A DNA stretch of 64,000 nucleotides from Macrostomum lignano (Eukaryota), in contig NIVC01003464.1 of assembly GCA_002269645.1 (NCBI GenBank), positions 1,901 to 65,900 of the forward strand, read 5' to 3'. The position numbers and the translations under genes are program-made. Under the pieces are notes generated by a model that was not told the origin of the DNA, did not search any database, and was given only the letters and a program-made list of their open reading frames with translations. Numbering within the stretch: the stretch's first letter is position 1; each line of letters starts with the position of its first letter. Positions 60,361 through 64,000 of the stretch are shown in pieces.

Positions 60361-62221
60361 ATGACCTCGAAACATGAAACTATCATTTACACATTATGAA
60401 GCACTGTTGTTATTGTTAGCTTTTAATCAACGCCCACCCCCTTCCAGCGTCCATAGGACCTCTCGCCGCTTGCCTGTTGCTAAATATTTAATTGAGCATT
60501 TTTCACAGTACCTGTAGAGAATGCAGAGATGTAAAACCGTGATGAGTTAGACGCATGAAGCCCTCATGACAGTCGTGGCCACGCTTCCTGACAGGCCATT
60601 ATATGACTCATCATAGCGAGAAGTTAAGCCAGAGTTAGTAGCCACTTCATATCTGAGAACTATTGGTAGATAATAGACAGGTAGATAGGTGAGTAACGCC
60701 CCCACATTGAAAGCTAACTGATATAGATCAATCAATCAATAGTTTAAATGAGCAAGTTTGCAAAGTAATTTAAGTGCACTTTAAGTGCTTGTACGGTTGA
60801 ATCTTGAATACTTTACTGGAGGCCAATTTTCAATGCAAATTAATAATTAAAAATGCAAATGAATCCATGTGGCTCAACGATTGTCTATGGCCGAAACCAT
60901 GTACGGGGTAGGGCATTGAATTTAAGACATCGAGTAGACTTGAAAATCAGACTTGAATTCAACTGCTCTGTGTATTAAACTCAATGCTCTATCTGTGCCA
61001 TAGACAATAGACGGTGTTTCGACCATAGACAAAAGTAGAAACATTATTTGATTTTGATTGGCAGTGTCTTAAAATGAAACGCTCAAATTTTTGAATTGTT
61101 CTTTCTAGACGGAGATTTGTCTATGGTAAAACTATATTTGGTTTGATCACAGGGTATTGTTATAGGGTAGATTTGTAGCGACCTTCTGGATGCATACTTT
61201 AAATATGATGAATAAATGATAAAGACTTGCGATTAGCTCACCGGAACCGGAACTCCGAACCAGGAGCTGGGAACTGCGGTCTACGGTCCAAAGAATTTCA
61301 GTCGAACTTGGGCAAACTTGGGCAGGCAACTGCTTTTTAAAGAGGAAGAAATAATGTTATTCTTACTGAACTATTCAGGCCAGTTGTTGGAAAGTCTTCT
61401 TCCTTCGCTTTCTCTATCCTCTCTCTCTCTCTCTCTAGTTATCCTTGCCAACTATGGGGATATTTCTACTTTGAGGGGGTCCCCCCCAGTTCCACTGACC
61501 CATGGCCCACAGTCCAGCCCTACTATTGGTTGGCATCTGTCCACCCTGCTGAATCGTCTCGTCTGTAGGCTGAGGGTGCGGATAGTTAGTAGCCCCGGCT
61601 TATTCTTATATTATTCATCTTTCAGTAACCATTCGACCTTATTCGTGGCTTCCATAAACTCCTGGGTTACGAGATCAGCTTAACAAGATACTTGCGCTGG
61701 GAAGAAAAGCGCATTGTCTATGTAGCAATGATGTCTTTTTTGCCCCCCCCACCCGACTGTTATCGATTCCGAACTAGGGAAGAAACTGCATGGGGAAGTT
61801 TTATTTAGCTGGTCGCCTACCTGAATAGCAACTGGCGCGACAGGCTTTAGGAGAGAAATTCGATATTGCAGCTGAGGGTCGGGGGGGGGATGGCAGGTCC
61901 GGCATTCCATTCGAGTATTCACTGCCGGCCCCATGCACCAGCTTACTAGATATCGGGCTCCTTTTTACAATCTTGATACGATCGGCACTAGGCCAAGGCT
62001 TGAACACTGAACTTCACTGGCTCTTGGTCAAGCGTTAAGAAATAATCAAGTACATCGGGTGGGGGACAGAGCTTGCTCTAAAGTAAAATAAATGGCTACT
62101 GTCACTTGACTTTAAGCAATTTTAAGTACGTGTCATTCTTTACTTGGTTGTCTTTTAAACCAGAGAGAAGAACCTTAAACAGTTGTTGTGGCTTGTAGTC
62201 TGTGGTAGAGGTGCAGCTTGG

Positions 62222-63930
62222 AATTGCGAGCTGTCTGCTTGATTGGCTTTATTGTCTATGGCCGAGTGCAGTTCTGCTGCAGTAAGTGGCTTTGATTGGC
62301 TTTATTGTCTATGGCCGAGTGCAGTTCTGCGGCAGTAAGTGGCTTTGATTGGCTTTATTGTCTATGGCCGAGTGCAGTTCTGCTGCAGTAAGTGGCTTTG
62401 ATTGGCTTTATTGTCTATGGCCGAGTGCAGTTCTGCGGCAGTAAGTGGCTTTGATTGGCTTTATTGTCTATGGCCGAGTGCAGTTCTGCTGCAGTAAGTG
62501 GCTTTGATTGGCTTTATTGTCTATGGCCGAGTGCAGTTCTGCTGCAGTAAGTGGCTTTGATTGGCTTTATTGTCTATGGCCGAGTGCAGTTCTGCGGCAG
62601 TAAGTGGCTTTGATTGGCTTTATTGTCTATGGCCGAGTGCAGTTCTGCTGCAGTAAGTGGCTTTGATTGGCTTTATTGTCTATGGCCGAGTGCAGTTCTG
62701 CGGCAGTAGTGGCTTTGATTGGCTTTATTGTCTATGGCCGAGTGCAGTTCTGCTGCAGTAAGTGGCTTTGATTGGCTTTATTGTCTATGGCCGAGTGCAG
62801 TTCTGCTGCAGTAAGTGGCTTTGATTGGCTTTATTGTCTATGGCCGAGTGCAGTTCTGCTGCAGTAAGTGGCTTTGATTGGCTTTATTGTCTATGGCCGA
62901 GTGCAGTTCTGCTGCAGTAAGTGGCTTTGATTGGCTTTATTGTCTATGGCCGAGTGCAGTTCTGCTGCAGTAAGTGGCTTTGATTGGCTTTATTGTCTAT
63001 GGCCGAGTGCAGTTCTGCGCAGTAAGTGGCTTTGATTGGCTTTATTGTCTATGGCCGAGTGCAGTTCTGCTGCAGTAAGTGGCTTTGATTGGCTTTATTG
63101 TCTATGGCCGAGTGCAGTTCTGCGCAGTAAGTGGCTTTGATTAGCTTTATTGTCTATGGCCGAGTGCAGTTATGCGCAATCAGTGGCTTTGATTGGCTTT
63201 ATTGTCTATGGCCGAGTGCAGTTCTGCTGCAGTAAGTGGCTTTGATTGGCTTTATTGTCTATGGCCGAGTGCAGTTCTGCTGCAGTAAGTGGCTTTGATT
63301 GGCTTTATTGTCTATGGCCGAGTGCAGTTCTGCTGCAGTAAGTGGCTTTGATTGGCTTTATTGTCTATGGCCGAGTGCAGTTATGCGGCAATCAGTGGCT
63401 TTGATTGGCTTTATTGTCTATGGCCCAGTTCTGCGGCAGTAAGTGGCTTTGATTGGCTTTATTGTCTAAGTGGCTTTGATTGGCTTTATTGTCTATGGCC
63501 GAGTGCAGTTCTGCTGCAGTAGTGGCTTTGATTGGCTTTATTGTCTATGGCCGAGTGCAGTTCTGCTGCAGTCAGTGGCTTTGATTGGCTTTATTGTCTA
63601 TGGCCGAGTGCAGTTCTGCTGGCAGTAAGTGGCTTTGATTGGCTTTATTGTCTATGGCCGAGTGCAGTTCTGCTGCAGTAAGTGGCTTTGATTGGCTTTA
63701 TTGTCTATGGCCAAGTGCAGTTCTGTGGCGGCAGTCAGTGGCTTTGATTGGCTTTATTGTCTATGGCCGAGTGCAGTTTCTGCTGCTAGTAAGTGGCTTT
63801 GATTGGCTTTATTGTCTATGGCCGAGTGCAGTTCTGTGGCAGTCAGTGGCTTTGAGGGCTTTATGTCTATGGCCGAGTGCAGTTTGCTGCCAGTAAGTGG
63901 CTTTGATTGGCTTTATCATGGCCGAGTGCA
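62222..63930. repeat. Minisatellite, 53 bp unit (gtggctttgattggctttattgtctatggccgagtgcagttctgctgcagtaa), ~32 copies
   Basis: Direct periodicity, degenerating at the right end. Confidence 0.97.
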
Positions 63931-64000
63931 GGATCGCCAGAATGATGGAAAATGTGAAAAGTTAGATTTGAACTGGGAGTCAACTTTTGCTGTTGAAAGG

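Noticed and set aside
61680-61934. ORF containing KRHHCYIDN, reminiscent of the piggyBac second catalytic D region
   Set aside because: Only one short motif, with no other transposase motifs, TIRs or TTAA TSD seen.
7523-63930. Tandem arrays as CRISPR arrays
   Set aside because: Units are contiguous with no unique spacers, there are no cas genes, and the context is eukaryotic with spliceosomal introns.

Overview
Eukaryotic (animal) genomic DNA, most likely a macrostomid flatworm such as Macrostomum lignano. That assignment is inference from a flatworm spliced-leader-like sequence, a PWamide neuropeptide precursor, GC-rich compact exons and minisatellite-filled introns. Seven genes can be reconstructed by hand. 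On the plus strand is a tight trio: ARMT1/DUF89 (2 exons), NIFK/Nop15 RRM protein and SmG. On the minus strand are a 20-copy AYGSMPW-amide precursor, a 9-exon PH-domain PLEKHA5/6/7(kramer)-like gene, a 6-7 exon SLC26 anion transporter with STAS domain, and an intronless-CDS LRR-Ig-TM receptor. Eight single-base deletions in short runs break four of these ORFs and look like long-read consensus errors. Mobile DNA includes a dead DD34D mariner with TIRs, two copies of a hAT-type MITE, two SINE-like families, a long-inverted-repeat element and a 1.3-kb tandem duplication. More than 20 distinct minisatellites are present. Most notable: (1) a structurally conserved spliced-leader-like sequence with no following donor, sitting antisense inside an SLC26 intron; (2) minisatellites that are amplified splice junctions, including an in-frame, stop-free intron with about 22 in-phase acceptors; (3) a CpG-depleted, apparently hypermutated transposon block (CG->TG/CA/TA). 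All counts are hand estimates.
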